Of a stretch of 64,000 nt of DNA, positions 22,379 to 36,700 are shown piece by piece. Where the stretch lies: contig JBHGNT010000003.1 in the NCBI GenBank assembly GCA_043228905.1, positions 5,270,001 through 5,334,000 on the forward strand. Reading direction: 5' to 3'. The DNA comes from Azolla caroliniana (lineage: Eukaryota > Plantae > Polypodiophyta). The position numbers and the translations under genes were made by a program. The notes beneath the pieces are model-generated. The model had not been told where the DNA came from, searched no databases, and worked only from the letters and a program-made list of their open reading frames with translations. Numbering within the stretch: position 1 is the first letter of the stretch; the number at the start of each line of letters is the position of its first letter.

Positions 22379-22951
22379 ATGCCGGAGCCTAGCAGTGATG
22401 ACCATCATAATCATAATCATCACCATCATCGGTTTTGTCATCTGATGAACGGTGGCTAATGTTACGATCTTGTTCCTCATTGATAGGAATAATGAACATC
22501 ATGACAGAATAGGATATTCTTCATACTGTGATGGACACATTAGAGAAGAATGAGCTTGGGGGAGCAGAGACATCATCAATTTAGGAGGTACCACTTCAGA
22601 ACAACGAATGGCGTACCTTAGGGATTCTGCCAATTTCAGCAGGGGAGTAGTCCATCTCCTATTTAAACAAAATTCCATCACCCAAGAGGAGGAGAAGGCA
22701 TGGCGGGAGGCTCTCTCTATGGTTGCAGATTATGATGTGGCCCCCAGGAGCCTGCTCATCCATGGAGCAATGACAGGAATGTCCCCTTCACTATACTTTC
22801 GTCGAATCCAAATGGAATCAACGTAAATAAACAATTGAATCAATGATTTAAATTCTATAACATCGGCAGATCCATATGGATGGACGAGGTATCTCCATCT
22901 CTTAATCATCATCAGAAGCTTCAGCCACCTCATCGCTTCATCCAAACGTAT
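22379..22951 (+). pseudogene. N-terminal relic of another TORNADO1-like paralog, cut by an LTR insertion
   Basis: DDHHNHNHHHHRFCHLMN..ILFLI..E*AWGSRDIINLGGTTSEQRMAYLRDSANFSRGVVHLL..EEEKAWREALSMVADYDVAPRSLLI aligns with modules 1 and 2. Followed by HQKLQPPHR, the module start motif. Confidence 0.85.
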
Positions 22952-23994
22952 TGTTGCCTAGTAAGGGTCAAGCTAGAGTAGTAAAGGGGCAAAAGGCTAA
23001 ATGAAGTATAGCCAAAGAGTATGTCGCCGGACAAGTGTGAAGCCAAACCAAAACATAGCCGAATAGCCAAGTAATATTAATAGCCGAAAATTACTATGTG
23101 CCGAAAAATATATATAGCCGAGTGTAAATATTAGGTAGTTATAACTCTTGTGCTAGTTGTAGAAACGACATTGTATTGTTGATGTAATCCTTCCATGCTT
23201 CCTATATTAAAGGGCATGAGCATTATACAAACTATCGGTCTATAAGTTGTTACTGATTTAGTAAAGAATTATGTTTGGAGACTATTGTGTTTATCGTTTT
23301 TTGAGTTTATAATTCTAAGTGTATTCTGCAGAGCCGATCAGTTAGATGATTCAGGCAATGTTTTATACAACTACCTTCATTAACTGATCCGACATAACTT
23401 GTGAACTTCCTTTCTAATAGTTTCTAATTGTTAAGTCCACACCTCCAACCACAACCTTTGGTAATGGATACATACTTAGGGATTGAGGATCCGATCCGTG
23501 TTTTTCTAGAGAATAGAACAACACAATTTCGCATGCCCGGTTCGATTTGTGTGAGACAGTGAACATTGGAGGATGGATGTTGTTCAATTGGAGTGACGAG
23601 AACACATCTGTGAGACATAGAGCATCACATACTCGGTCGAAGCACTGAAGAGTGGCACAAGGTAATTGGCCAGATCCAACATTTTGGGAAGCAATCCGAC
23701 AAGAGGTTGAAGAAGATTTTACAGTATTTCCTAGCTTAGAGACTTCCCTTGACAATAGTTCGGATTCTGAAATGTTCGACAATCAAGTAGCTACCACACA
23801 AACAAAGAGTCCCTAGTACCAAACAACCAATACAACGAGCCAATTAGATTTCAAGAAGACGACACAATTCCTTACCCTTACTTGAAGTATAGTGATGAGT
23901 TTGATGCCGATGCACATGTGCGTGATTTCCTTACCATATGGCAGGCAAACCATGTGTCACAAAAACTATCACAAGTTGATGTGGATGCTCAATC
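22952..23994 (+). mobile_element. Old Ty3/Gypsy element J: 5' LTR (about 22952-23565) and gag start
   Basis: TGTTG...GAACA boundaries, GCCGA-rich U3, TATA. Gag-like peptide PYLKYSDEFDADAHVRDFLTIWQANH near 23870-23960. Confidence 0.6.
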
Positions 23995-24165
23995 GTTATG
24001 TGGCGTGCCGAGTGTGGGAAATGCACGTAAACAAGGGTAAAAGGATGAAGTGAAGGCTTGGGGCAAAAGAATAGAGAGAGGCACAACGTGATTTAAGGGG
24101 ATTTTATTCCTTTTCCTCCTTTTCAAGGAGTAGGGAATAAAATCAATAAAAAATGTGTTTGTGTT
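23995..24165. mobile_element. Probable LTR fragment K interrupting the gag of J, itself interrupted by Copia C
   Basis: Abrupt loss of gag-like coding sequence. Purine-rich LTR-like tract and hairpin GATTTTATTCC...GGAATAAAATC. Confidence 0.35.
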
Positions 24166-26802
24166 TGTTGAGAATCAAGCTCAACCTAGTGCAATGTGTG
24201 AACACACCTTTTGAGAATCTATGATTACTCAAAGGTCAAGAGTCACACCACTACTCTCTACACATTAACTATGTGTCATAGAATCATATTCTATGACACA
24301 TAACTAATGAGTTACATATTCCCCTTGACTATGAGTCTTCACATTCCCCAAGAGAGAGAGTGATTGTTGTAGTTAGTTAATGAAGGGAGAGGGTGACTAT
24401 ATATAAAGCACCCTCCTCACACTTTATACTAAGATGGTTGTGACTCCCTGTTATGCTACATTTTGTAAACCTTATTCTACTTATGAAATATACATCTTCT
24501 TCTTGAGTATTCTATTTTCCTCTCATTTATCTATCTTAACTTCTCTTTTATCTCCTCTCTTTTTCTCTCACACATATACACACATAATGCACATCTATTT
24601 CGCTACACAAGAATCACCATCAATTCTTTACATGGTATTAGAGCGAGGTTTGTAGCTCGATCTAGCCCACTCGCCTAATCGTGATCGTGTGTTGTGCTCT
24701 ACGCTGACGTTCAAGAAGAACCGGCTCATTGTTATCGTAGTACCACTACATAGCTCGTGTTCGAGAGAGAAGGAAAAGAAGAAAGGAAGCTTCATCGACA
24801 ATGAACACTCAAATGGGGAGCACTCTCCCTAACGAGAAGCTAGATCGAAACAACTTTGCATCTTGGGAGTACAAGATGCACCAATACCTTGTCGGCCAAG
24901 GCTATTGGGGTTACATCAAAGGAGCACAAGAAAACCGACCCAACCCAAAAGACGTCGACTATGCAACGTGGGCGCAAGCGGCAAGCCGAGTGATGTATTG
25001 CTTGGCGACATGTGTTCACGACCACATGCTCGGGTACATTCGAGAAGTCGAGACGCCATAGGAAGCGTGGGAGAATCTATGAAAGATTTTCGTCGCCAAC
25101 ACAACCGCGAGAAAGCTTCAAATCCACCACGAGTTGAACAATATCCAACAAAGGGATATGTCCATCACAAGGTACACCTTGAAGATCAAGGAGCTATGTG
25201 ATGCAGTCGACTCGATAAGCATCAATGTGGAGGATGATGAAATGGTGCAAAATGCCTTGGCGGCCTTGCACCACGATTCGAGGGATGTAGACCGTCGTAC
25301 TAGCACGAGAGAATCCGCCCTCCTTCTTCGATCTTCAATCCATGTTCTTGGTCAAAGAAAATCATGTTCGAACAAGGAGCAATGCCTCGGAAGACCACAC
25401 GCTTTACACGCATTCGGACGGAGGAAGAGGACGTGCAAGGAGAGGTTGATTTGGCTAAGGACGAGGTGGACGAGGCCCGACTTACGAAAACAACTCTCAA
25501 TTTCGACATCAAGATGAAGGCCATCAAGGAACCTTCGGAAGAAGGGGGAGCCACTGTTCCGGTCTGAGCTGACAAACATCGATTGAATGCGGAGATTGCG
25601 GCAAAATCGGCCACCACGAAGAAGTGTGCCGAAAGAAGATGTGTGAGTCGGCTTCCACTAGTCGACAACTAACCAATTATGCTACGAATTCCGACTATGA
25701 AGATCGTGGCGGAATGTTCGTAATGAACCATAGAGCAAATTCTATGTCGGCCTCTACTTCGAATAACGCATCTAGTCTAGAAGACGTATGGTTCATTGAA
25801 TCCGGTGCCTCGAACCATATGACGTCTTATCAAGAATGGTTCCGAGAACTTCGAGAGCCGGATCGACCCAGCTATGTCGAAACCAGAGACGACACTACGC
25901 ATCTGATTCGACACATCGGCAATGTCCCATTCGGCAAAGAAGGTAACCAAACTTTTATTAAAAATGTCTTGCATGTACCAACCATTACGAAGAATTTGGT
26001 CTCTGTCGATCAAATTGTTGAGCAATAGATATAAGTACGATTTAATCAAGGCGGTTGCTTCATCGAAAAAGAGGGCCGACTCATTGCTCGCGGATGAATA
26101 TTCATTCTCGACTCGCACGAGATGAAATCGACCATGTTTGCAAAGGGCATGAAAGTCGATTCCGACATAGAGTTATGGCACAAGTGGATTGGCCATATCA
26201 ACCTCCAAAAGCTCAAAGGCAATCCAATCTAAAGGAGTCGTCATCGGGCTCCTAACATTCACGGAGAAAGAGATTGAAGGTGTGTGTGCCACTTGCCAAT
26301 TCGGCAAGCAACATCGGCACCCATTTCCGAAGGAGCGGAACATGAGCAAAGGCGTACTCGACGTAATTCATTCCGATGTATGGGGTCTGGCTTAGAGGGC
26401 TACATTCGGTGGATGCCGATACTACATGACCTTCATCGACGACTTCTCAAGGCACACTTGGATCTACCCCATGCGGCAAAAGAGCGAAGTGTTCGGACAC
26501 TTCCAAAAATTTAAGAATGAAGTTGAGAAAGCCACGGGCCGACATGTACGATGTCTTCGGTCAGATGGAGGCAATGAGTACTTCTTCGACGAATTTACGG
26601 CGTATCTATGGAAAGAAGGAATTCGGCAAGAGTTTTTGTGTAGACATATGCTACAACAAAACGGATTGGCCGAATGAAAGAATCGGCACATCCTTGAAGT
26701 AGCACGGGGCCATGATGAATGAAAAGCACGTGTCGAAGTCGTACTGGTAGAAGCGGCTAACACGCCGTATACCTCATGAATTGGTGTATGACATTGGGTG
26801 TG

Positions 26803-27275
26803 TGTTAAGAGTCTATTACTAAGCAATAGACCAAAGTAAAGTAAAAGAAGGAAAATAGATTGGATAGAAGAACCCGTTCCACCCGACCACCCCTGAGCTA
26901 TGATCTAGACATAGCCAACCTACCACCGACGTCCCATACCGTTGGATATTAGGATGACTAAAACCTTGGAAGCGATAAACACGATCGTCGAGACGAAAGC
27001 CTAGCCCGCACCACCATTGCCTAAGACAGTAGCCTTCTGACGTAATGTCTGTATGAGGGTATCTAAGCCTCATATTTATTCCTTTTCCTAGGCCCCTTGA
27101 ATACATGTGCCTTTCTAAAAGGCTCTCCATTCATTGGTTGTCCAAATCATGATAGTGAATGCACCTATCATTCCTTCTATCCAATCATTAGTCCCCATTT
27201 TAACATTAGTGAACATACCCTTCACTAATGTAAATATTAGTGACCTACCCTCACCAACGTTATGTGTACATAACA
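26803..27275. mobile_element. Solo LTR (473 bp) in the integrase of Copia C
   Basis: TGTTA...TAACA termini. TSD GTGTG/ATGTG (one mismatch). Confidence 0.8.
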
Positions 27276-30200
27276 ATGTGCACGAACTTACTCCGCACGA
27301 GAAGTTTTTCAGAAAGACAATGGACCTATCACATGTTCGGATATTCGGCTCCATTGCGTACGTGCACATCCCCGATGAGAAGCAACAAAAGTGTTGAATA
27401 TGAGTGTATAATAATGGCCATATTCACACTGTCCCTTTGGACAGCCCAAGTTGGGGCTATTTCTATAAATAGCATAAAGGGCAGTTGCCCTAGGATAGTC
27501 ACTATATAAAGTGACTTCGTAACCTTTAGTTTGGGTCGTGGTTGTTGTCATTTTGTAACTGTTGCTATTAAGAAATAAATTGTTTCTTTGTGCCTATCTC
27601 TCTCTCTCTCTCTCTATCTCTGTGTATATTGTTTCATTCGCATACACAGGTTCTTCACCATCACGGATGTTGTTTGTTCTTCCGCACTAACGACCTTGTT
27701 CCCCAACATTTGGTATTGGAGCGTTGGAGGTTCTTCAACCCATTGTCGGCTGTCATAGTACACTACACAACATTCTGTTTCTGTTTTTCTTGAAGAATAG
27801 AGAAGAGAGAAAACAAACAAGAAGTCTGCATCTCACTATGTTAAATCACTAATTGGAGTAAGCTAGCCGGTTGTACTCTGCTCCTGTGATTGTAATCCCT
27901 TGAGGTGAGCTCCTTGTGCAACACCCGACCCAATCGTGCTTCATTTGGTTAAACAACATCCGAATAGGTCACCGGACGCTATTCACCCTCTTGTTGTAAC
28001 CACCTGTTGTAGAGTGGTCTCCTGGCAACAACCAAATTCGTGCTTCATTCGGCTGATCGACATTCGGGAGGATAAGTTGGTCCAAAACCAAACCGACTCG
28101 AGTTCAAAACCAACTAGAACGATATCGGATGAGCCGACTGGCTGCACCCCACTAAGGTTCGTAGTCAACTCTGAATAGAGTCTTACCAACCGAAACCTAA
28201 TCAGATGGCATCAACATCCGGCTCATCGGAGATGAGTCTAAGGAGGTTCGACGGTTCGAACTTCAACTTCTGGAAGGAACAAATGTAGGACTATCTCATA
28301 GTCAAGTGTCAGATAGACCCGATTGAGAATGAAAATCCTCCAGAAGCATATAAGGCAAACGAGTGGCTAAAGCTGGACAGAATCATCCCCGCCACGATTT
28401 GGATGCACTTGTTGGAGTCAGTGTACTTCACAGTGCAATCATGCACGACAACTTTTGAAAATTGGAAAACACTGTCGGAAACTTATGAAAAGAAGGTCGC
28501 CGCAACGAAGATGTATCTGATCCGACGCCTCTACAACTTGCGGATGAAAGAATCCAATTCGATTCAGGCGGATGAAAGCCTAAGCTCCTAAATATCATCT
28601 CAGGGGACAGTAATAGAGGATGAACTCAGAGCAATGATACTCATGAGTAGTCTCCCCTCTTCTTGGGAAACTTTCGTCAAAACTGTGTGCAATGCTTCAG
28701 CAACTTTCGTCACAATCGTGTGCAGTCCTGGGACAACCGAATCTGCAACTACTACAAGAAACCGGGCACTCAAAGCAAAAACCGACAAAGCTCAGAGAGC
28801 GGATCAGAAGAGTAGCTGGCATGAGGAGGTCAACTACGTCGGCTCTTCAGCCGAAATTTGGACGACCGACCCGAACATACTGTCCATAGAGAAGCTAGTC
28901 AAATCAGAAGTTCTGCTTACGACTGAGGACTCGAGCACATGGCTCCTGGACTCGGGCACATCGTATCATGTGACACCTCACCGATCTCAGTTTTGGCAAT
29001 ACTCAAACCGGCACTCCGACTCAATTTGAGTCGGGAACTCGCAACACTGTGCCATAATCGGAATCGGCACCGTAGAGCTCAACCTTCCGGGTGGCTCTAC
29101 ACTCGTACTACACAACATCCAACACGTTCCTGAGCTTTCAAGACCCTTGATCTCAGTCGGACAACTTGACGAAGCCGGCATTCGTGTCGGGTTCTCATTA
29201 GGAGGGTGGACACTCCACAAAGGGAACCTCCTGCTTGCTCGAGGACCAAAGGTACATTCCTTGTACCCTTTATATGTCACACTCAAAGAGGGTGACCTAT
29301 TTTTGGTTGATATCCCCGTGTCATCGTTATGGCACGGACGACTTGGACACCTCAGCAAGGTCGGCATAACGCACCTATCCAGAGCCGGTTACATCCCCAA
29401 ACTCTCCTTCTTGGATCACCAATTCTGCGAGCATTGGCAGTACGGCAAACAGGTAGCCGCATCACACCCGACATCAACACCAAGAGAATCGAGTCCCCTC
29501 GATTTGGTCCATTCGGACGTCTGTGGCCCGATGCCACATCAGTCTCTCGGCAATGCTTCGTACTTCATCAGTTTTATTGACAACTCAACTCGGAAGGTGT
29601 GGGCTTACCCCATTAGAACCAAAGATCGGGTGTTCTCGATCTTCTCTGAATGGCTTGCAATGGTAAAAAATCAGACCGGTCGGAAACTGAAATGTCTCCG
29701 AACTGACAACGGAGGAGAATTCAAGTCTAAAGAATTCGTCAAATTTTGTCGGGAACACGGCATTCGACGTGAATATACGAAACCTTGTTGTCCGGAGCAA
29801 AACGGAATTGCAGAACGCATGAATCAGACGATTTAAGAATGCGTAGTATCCATGCTCCAACACTTCGGACTATCGGATGGCTTCTAGGCTGAGGCTCTAC
29901 TTACGATAGTACACATAATCAATATATCACCAAGTAGACCTCTAGGACTTAAAATACCTCAGGAAACATGGACCGGCAGTAAGCCGAATTATGACAAGGT
30001 GAGGATCTTCGGTTGCGAGGCATATGCCCTCATATCGAAAGATGACCGCCGGAAACTCGAACCAAGATCAAGGAAATGCATTTTCCTTGGATATGGACCC
30101 AATGGCGAGATCAAATACTGACTCTGGGACCCTGAGCACAGACAAATCATCTGAAGTTCGGACGTCGTGTTCAACGAGTCGGCTATGCATAAAATGGCCA

Positions 30201-30783
30201 GAAGGCCTATTGAAGTCCGAAGGGTAATATTCTCCGAAGTGCCAACCCTTCATGAAGGCCCAACCCACAACACGAGATTGGTTTCACAGGTAACCGACAC
30301 CTCCCGCATTGAATCCACCGATTTAGCACAGCCGAGTGGCTCGGCTTTTGACCATCCGACCCCTATACCCGGTGTGACTAGTGTAGTCATACCTCGAAGA
30401 TCCGGGAGACTATCGCAACCTCCGAAAAGGTACAGTCCCGGAATTTTCTTTACCGACGCCGACAAACCAACGTCTTACGAAGAAGCATCGGCATCTGCCG
30501 ACTCATCCACCTGGCATCTGGTGATGGAGTCAGAAATGCACTCCATTCATGCAAACAAGACTTGGGACTTGGTCAAATTACCGAAGAATCGACTTGCTCT
30601 TCCATGTAAGTGGGTCTATCAACTAAAAGAGACGTCCGACTCGACCAACCCAAAGTATAAGGCCAGATTAGTTGCGAAGGGATTTCGACAAGAATATTGT
30701 AGAAAGTAGCGTGCGGAAGCAAGTATGAAGATCGAACAGAAGGGAGGAAACTCAGGTTTAATGGAGAGCTTGAGCTTACACGG

Positions 30784-33700
30784 TGTCGAGGTATTCCTCG
30801 CGGATGCGTGGAATGAGGCGGGACCTCAGGAGTCCTGTACCGAAGAGCAAGAGAGAAAGGAGAAGAGACCCACTACGTGCGAGCGTAGATTCATAGGGAC
30901 ACGGCCCTTCGACACAAAGACGTGAGTGGGACAGCGACACAGAGAGACACGAATGTATGTATGTATTAACAAAGACAAACAACAAGAACACGAAGCCGGC
31001 GAACAGATGCCGATGCCTGTTCGTAAACGCACAGAAAGAAAGGAGTAGGTTGGAGGTGCTGCCGGAAGCACTCGGGCATTCCTCAGAGCAGCGCGAGCCT
31101 CCCAAAACCTGCACAGAAGAAGCTATGGAGTTTGGAAGAGAGAGAAGCCTTCGGCCCACAATCCGACAACACTTCGTCCTCTCTTACTTCGCAATCCCTT
31201 CCCCCTTCTCGTCTCCCTCCTTTTATAGGCAAGGAAGGAGCCGTTTCCTATTAACTTCCTACCTACCGAATCTACCTACCTAGGATCTTCTATGTCCCTA
31301 ATTCTCTCTTATGTACAACGTAAGGCGTACGTGCATGAAGAGCCGGCTCCTATGCTCCGGCGCACCGATTCCGCTCGTGGACGGTTTTCTTCACGACATC
31401 CGCCCCCACCTAACCACGCATCCACCGGCATGCGCCAAATTGAGTTGGGACGGAGAAAACCGGTGCAGCCTTTATTCCCCGCCCGTCGGTTCTTCTTCGG
31501 TTTCGGATCGTTCGTCGTCCCGGTCCAGGTTATCCGGATCCGGCTCGTCGTCGTGACGCTTCTTGAACGCTTTGATCTGCTTCCCAGCTACCGGTATCGC
31601 CATTCTCGTGCCGTCGAGTTCCGCCAGATGGTACGTCCCGTTGTCGTTGGCGCTTTGTACCACGTAAGGCCCGAACCACCTTCTTGTGAACTTCCGTGTC
31701 GCTCGGTGCTGGTTGTCGAGGCTACTGTCGTAGACTAGCACCCAGTCGCCTTCCTCGATCTTCTTCGGTCGGAGTCGGTGCGTCCGGTCGAACCGGGCTT
31801 TGTTCCTCGTCGTTGCCACCCGAAGCCTTTCCGCAGCCTGCTCCACGTCCTCCGGTCTTCGCTCGAGCTGCCGTATGCGCGCCGTCAACAGTTCCTCCCG
31901 GCTCATCTCGTCTCTCCAGTCCACGGTTGCCCATGAGGAGATCGTACGTTCCATCGCCATGATCGGCTTCTGCCCAAACATGAGCTCTGCCGGCATGAAT
32001 CCGGTTACCGAACTGTGCGTAGTTCGGTCTGCCCACAATGCGTAAGGCAGCAGCCGCGGCCAGTTCCCGACTTGACCCCCGCATGCCCGAACTAACGCCT
32101 TGACGATCGGTCCGTGTCCGCGCTCCACATTTCCATTCACCTCCGGATTGTACGCAGTGGTAAGCGAAAGCTTGACTCCTAGTCGGTCGAACAGCTCCTC
32201 GGCCTCTTCGGCGTCCAACTCCCCGCGATTAGCCACGATCTTCCCGACGCACCCATACCGGCATATTACGTCCTCGAGCTGGAACCGACATACAGCTGCA
32301 GTCGTTTTGTTCTGAAGGGCCCGGCCTTCCACCTGGTTCGTCAGATCTTCCCAAGCCAGGACCAGGTACCGCATCTGTCCTACTCCCATCGGCATCGTCA
32401 CCAGATCTACCATCCATTTGAAGTGGATGGTCGGAGGGTACGTAGGGTGAAGCTCGTCCCAATGTCGGACTATGGAGTGCATCTGACAGCTCTCGCAAGC
32501 TGTCACGAACCGATGCACGTCCCGGTACAGTCCCGGCCACCAGTACTTCCCCTTTATCTTTTCGAACATGGCCCACGTTCCACGGTGTCCGGCCCAAGGG
32601 CTGTCGTGGTAGGCCGTCAGCAGCTCCTCCTGTTCTTCCTTCATCGCCACCACCCGGAGCGGGACGTCGTTCTTCTTCTTCAGGTGCTTCCATAAGTATC
32701 CGTCCCGGAGAAAGAATCGGTAAGCTTTCTTCCAGATCCGGTTGGTCTCGTCCTTCGTCCATGACGCATCCGGTGTCATTGTCCTAAAAAATCCACCGAT
32801 CTGGAGCCACTCGCCGTCGTACTTGCTTTTGTCGAAGTCGTTAAGTGCCGGAGTGCTCGTCCCATCGGGCGTCACGTACGCTGCCTCGAAGAAGTCCACG
32901 CAGACTTCTTCGTCCTCTGAAACCATGCCGCCCTCGTCATCAAACCTCGCCTCGAAAGCATGTCGGCCATGGCGTTGTCCTTTCCGGAAATGTGTCGTAT
33001 TTTCGGATCCAGGGACTTGATGTACGTTATCCACCTGAGCATCGCCAGGTCCGGTGTCGCGCATTCGGAAACCATGCCGAGAATTGGCAGGCAATCCGTC
33101 TCGATAATCACTTCCGTCCCGATCAGGTAGTCTTTGTCGGCCTTTACTGCCGAAACGATACCCCAGAGTTCGCGTTTAACCTAGGCGTACCCTTGCTGTC
33201 GCTCATTGAGGACCTTCGTGCCGAATCGGATCGGGAACTGAATGTCGTCCTTGTCTTCTTCGTTGACGACCCATCCTATCCCGGTCGGGCTCGTATCCAC
33301 CGTTATGTATACCGGGGTACCCTTCTCGTAGACAGCCTTCCGGAGCGCCGGTGCTGCCGCAAGAGCTTCCTTCAGCTTCTGGACCGACTCCGTGTGCTCG
33401 TCTCGCCACTCGAATTTTCGCCCTTTCTTCAGCAACCCGTATAGCGGCTCCGCAACGTGGGCGTAATGCGGGATCCATATGTGGTAGAATGCGCATGCCC
33501 CCAGGAACCTCTGAACTTCCGTAATCGAGCTACAGTCGGCCTTCATCGCGGAGATGGCTTCTACCTTTGCCCAAGACGGCTTCCGGCCATACGGTCCACA
33601 CAGGTGTCCGACCACCAGGATTTCTGATTGCCCGAAGGCCGATTTCTCCCCGGAGAAGGTGAGCTTCGCATCCTCTAGCCTTTGTAGCACCTTCTCGCAG

Positions 33701-36700
33701 TCGTCGATGTGTGTTGCCACGAATCGCCGGCATCCGTCCGGCCCGACTGTCTCGTCCTTCTCTTCCACCGGGCACCCCTTTATCGGATGTCGTCCAAAAA
33801 TGGCATGGTGATGTCCAGGATGCAATCCCTCAGTACCTTGTTCATTGCATTCACCATGTGGGCCACCGAGTTGGTCCCTCCTTGTGGCAGGGTACACATT
33901 CGCACTAGGCCGAGGGGAGTTCGCATCGTCGTAATGTCTCTACTCTCCACAGCTAGCTGGAACTGGTCGTACCCCGAGTACAGATCACCGACCGAGTAAA
34001 TCGACCTTCCGGCGAAGGCCTCCGCGAACTCGTCTATGGTCGGTCCGATTCCTGCGTTCCGAATGGTCACTCTGTTGACCGGCTGCAGGTCCTGAATGAA
34101 GCGCAATGTTCCGTTTTTCTTTGGTACGGTAAACCATCGATTCGAGTATGGGGCACTTGACGGTTCGAGAATGCCCATATCGACTTTCTGCCTCAATAGC
34201 TCCATCAACTTCGGGATGTGAGCTCTCGGTACTAGAATCGGCTTGAGATTCCACGGTACATGCGGTATTGTGAATATCACCGTCGGCTCCACGATTGTCG
34301 GGTCTACGCACCCAATCTCTTCCAGTGAGAATGCGAAGGCTTTCCCGTGCCTTCCGAGCATCCTCCGAAACCGGTCTTCCTCCACCGGTAGTAGGAACCC
34401 GCCCCCATCGATTTTGAGCTCCCGGAGCGTCCCGTCGGTGAAGGTGTGTCCTATGCAGGCCGGATCTCGTAAACTGGGGTGCCGCGACTGGCCTTACCTT
34501 CCGATCCACAGTCTTGTACTTCGTGCTAACTCGGGCCGTCCGATCCGACCCGAGCCCCCGACTGAAGTTCGCGATGACTTCGTACATCTCTTCGGAACAT
34601 ACCGGTATCGTCCGGTCTTTGTTAAGGTCTTCTCCGGCTACCTTCCTCTGCATCCCCAAGGTGTCATCAAAGGAGACCGCCTCCACGGCCCCGCTGATTT
34701 CCTCGTCCGAACCGAGAACTCCGCACGCTCGAAGTCGCTCCTCCGCCCTTGCCCTTTCTCGGCCAACGATGCCGACTATCATACACCCTCCGTTGTTGGA
34801 GGGTTTCTTCGGTTTTGGTTCTATCGTACAGCTGTGGGGTCTTTCCTAAGTGTCCGGGCTGTCTCGGCCCCACGCCTCGGCAGCCCTCTCTAAAAATCCT
34901 CCCGGTTCTCGCCACCGAGGGATTCGCGGTTTCGCTCGTGATTCGGTCGCACCGTCAGAAATTGGACCGAATGGCGCCCGTCCTGGCTTTTGACCCTCGC
35001 GTAGGCCGAACCGTTGTGTAGCACCTTGGTCTCCATCCGCGCCGCCATCATGTATGGTTCCCCTAATATGACCAGGTGCGAGGACGTCTCCTGTACGAAG
35101 AAGTGCTGGTCAATCTCGACGTCGCCAATCTTGACTCGCACGTTCGGGCAGGCCCTGTGCAGTTCCTCGGTGGCGCGTGTCGCCGCCCGTATCTTCCACC
35201 CGTGCTTGGTGTTGATCGGCCACTTTCCCTTCTTATAGAAGTCCATGGACATCAGGTTTATTTCCGAACCGTGGTCCACCAATGCCACCACCGGTTCCTA
35301 AACATCTCCGATCTTTACCGGGGTCTCCGTGGTCGCTCGGGCCCAGTGTGGCTGTGAATAGTGGCTCTCCGCCCACTCGTCTTCTAGCGCCATGTCGTCG
35401 ATGTGCGTCGTCCGCACCTCCACCGTCTCCGTCGACAACCTCTTCCGTTTCACCAGGTCCACAATGGAGTCGTGGAACTCCTTCTTGGCGATCCCTAGCA
35501 CCTCTAGAACCTTCTGTAGGTCCCTAGTCCTTTCTATTTCCGTCCCCAGTCGGTATCCACCCTTCCTGGGGTTATCTTGCGAGCTAGACCCGCCGACATC
35601 GTTCCGTCGTTGCCCGAATCGGGTCTCGTACCGTTGAGAGGGCCCGGCCGCTCCGGCTTTCCCCACTCGTTTGTCTTCTACCAGAGCCTCGTAGTTCCGG
35701 CAGGCGGCTTCTACGAAGCCCGTCTTCTCCTCGACCGGATCGCTCCACCCGGTTATTTCCCGGACCAGTCTCTCAGCGCGGTCCATTTCATCTTTCCTTA
35801 GCCGTGCGCCGGCGAGACTTTCCAGCATTGCCGACCAGAATCCGTCTTTGCCCTCCTTTCGGGCCTCGCTGCCCCCGACCCGAATTCCGGCCGACGCCGA
35901 GTAGTGGATGGCCTCCACGTGTCGGGCCGCTGCCTCTTCCATCAGTCTCTTCATACCTCCTCGCCCGTCGTTTCGGTTTAGGGCCCTTGTGGTGTCGCCG
36001 GCGTGCACCCGGCCTTCCCACAGGTATACCACCCGGTTCCTCAACGCTTCTGCGAAATCGCCGCAGTCCTTTCGGATGTGGCCGACCTCGTCGCACCACA
36101 TGCACTTGTTCCCCGCTACCGGCCGTCGGTCACGAGCCAGTTCGCCGCCTTCCCTTCGAGTTTGGGCGATCTGGAGATCCTTTATCGCCCGCGTCAACTC
36201 CTCCAGCGCTGCTCCTCCGGACGAGCCACTGACCATGCCGGTCGAAGCCGGACCAGTTTCTAGCCAGTCCCGGGTTTCTTCCCTTCGCCCTTGCGGTGCC
36301 GGTTCAAGCCTCCTTGCTGTGACAGACCCCGCACCAGCCGCCCCGTTGTCAGCCCATTCTCGCCGTTTGTCGAAACGGCCACAGACTCTCTTAACCGCAG
36401 CCCAGTCGGTCGTCAGCCCGTCTTCGGTTTCCAGCAAGGAGCCGACTTGATCCCGGTCCCGCTCGTCCACCGACTTGACGAACAGTAGGACCCGGCTCGT
36501 ATCCAGAACAGTTCGGTCAAGCGTCGAAAGGCGCGCAAAGCGTTCTTCGAACTCCCGGAGGAGTGCCGACACGTTTCTTCCCTTGTCGGGGAACTCCACC
36601 CATTCCATGAAGTCTCGTTTCGAAAGCCGGAGCGCGTCGTCCAACCCGTATTTTTCCAGGAGTCGGCCTTCGAACTCCTCCCAGGTACGGCTCTCCGCCC

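Noticed and set aside
2078-24632. LTRs at 2078 and 24166 as two ends of one element that captured the gene island
   Set aside because: The first follows a PPT (3' LTR) and the second precedes a PBS (5' LTR). They are diverged and belong to separate copies.
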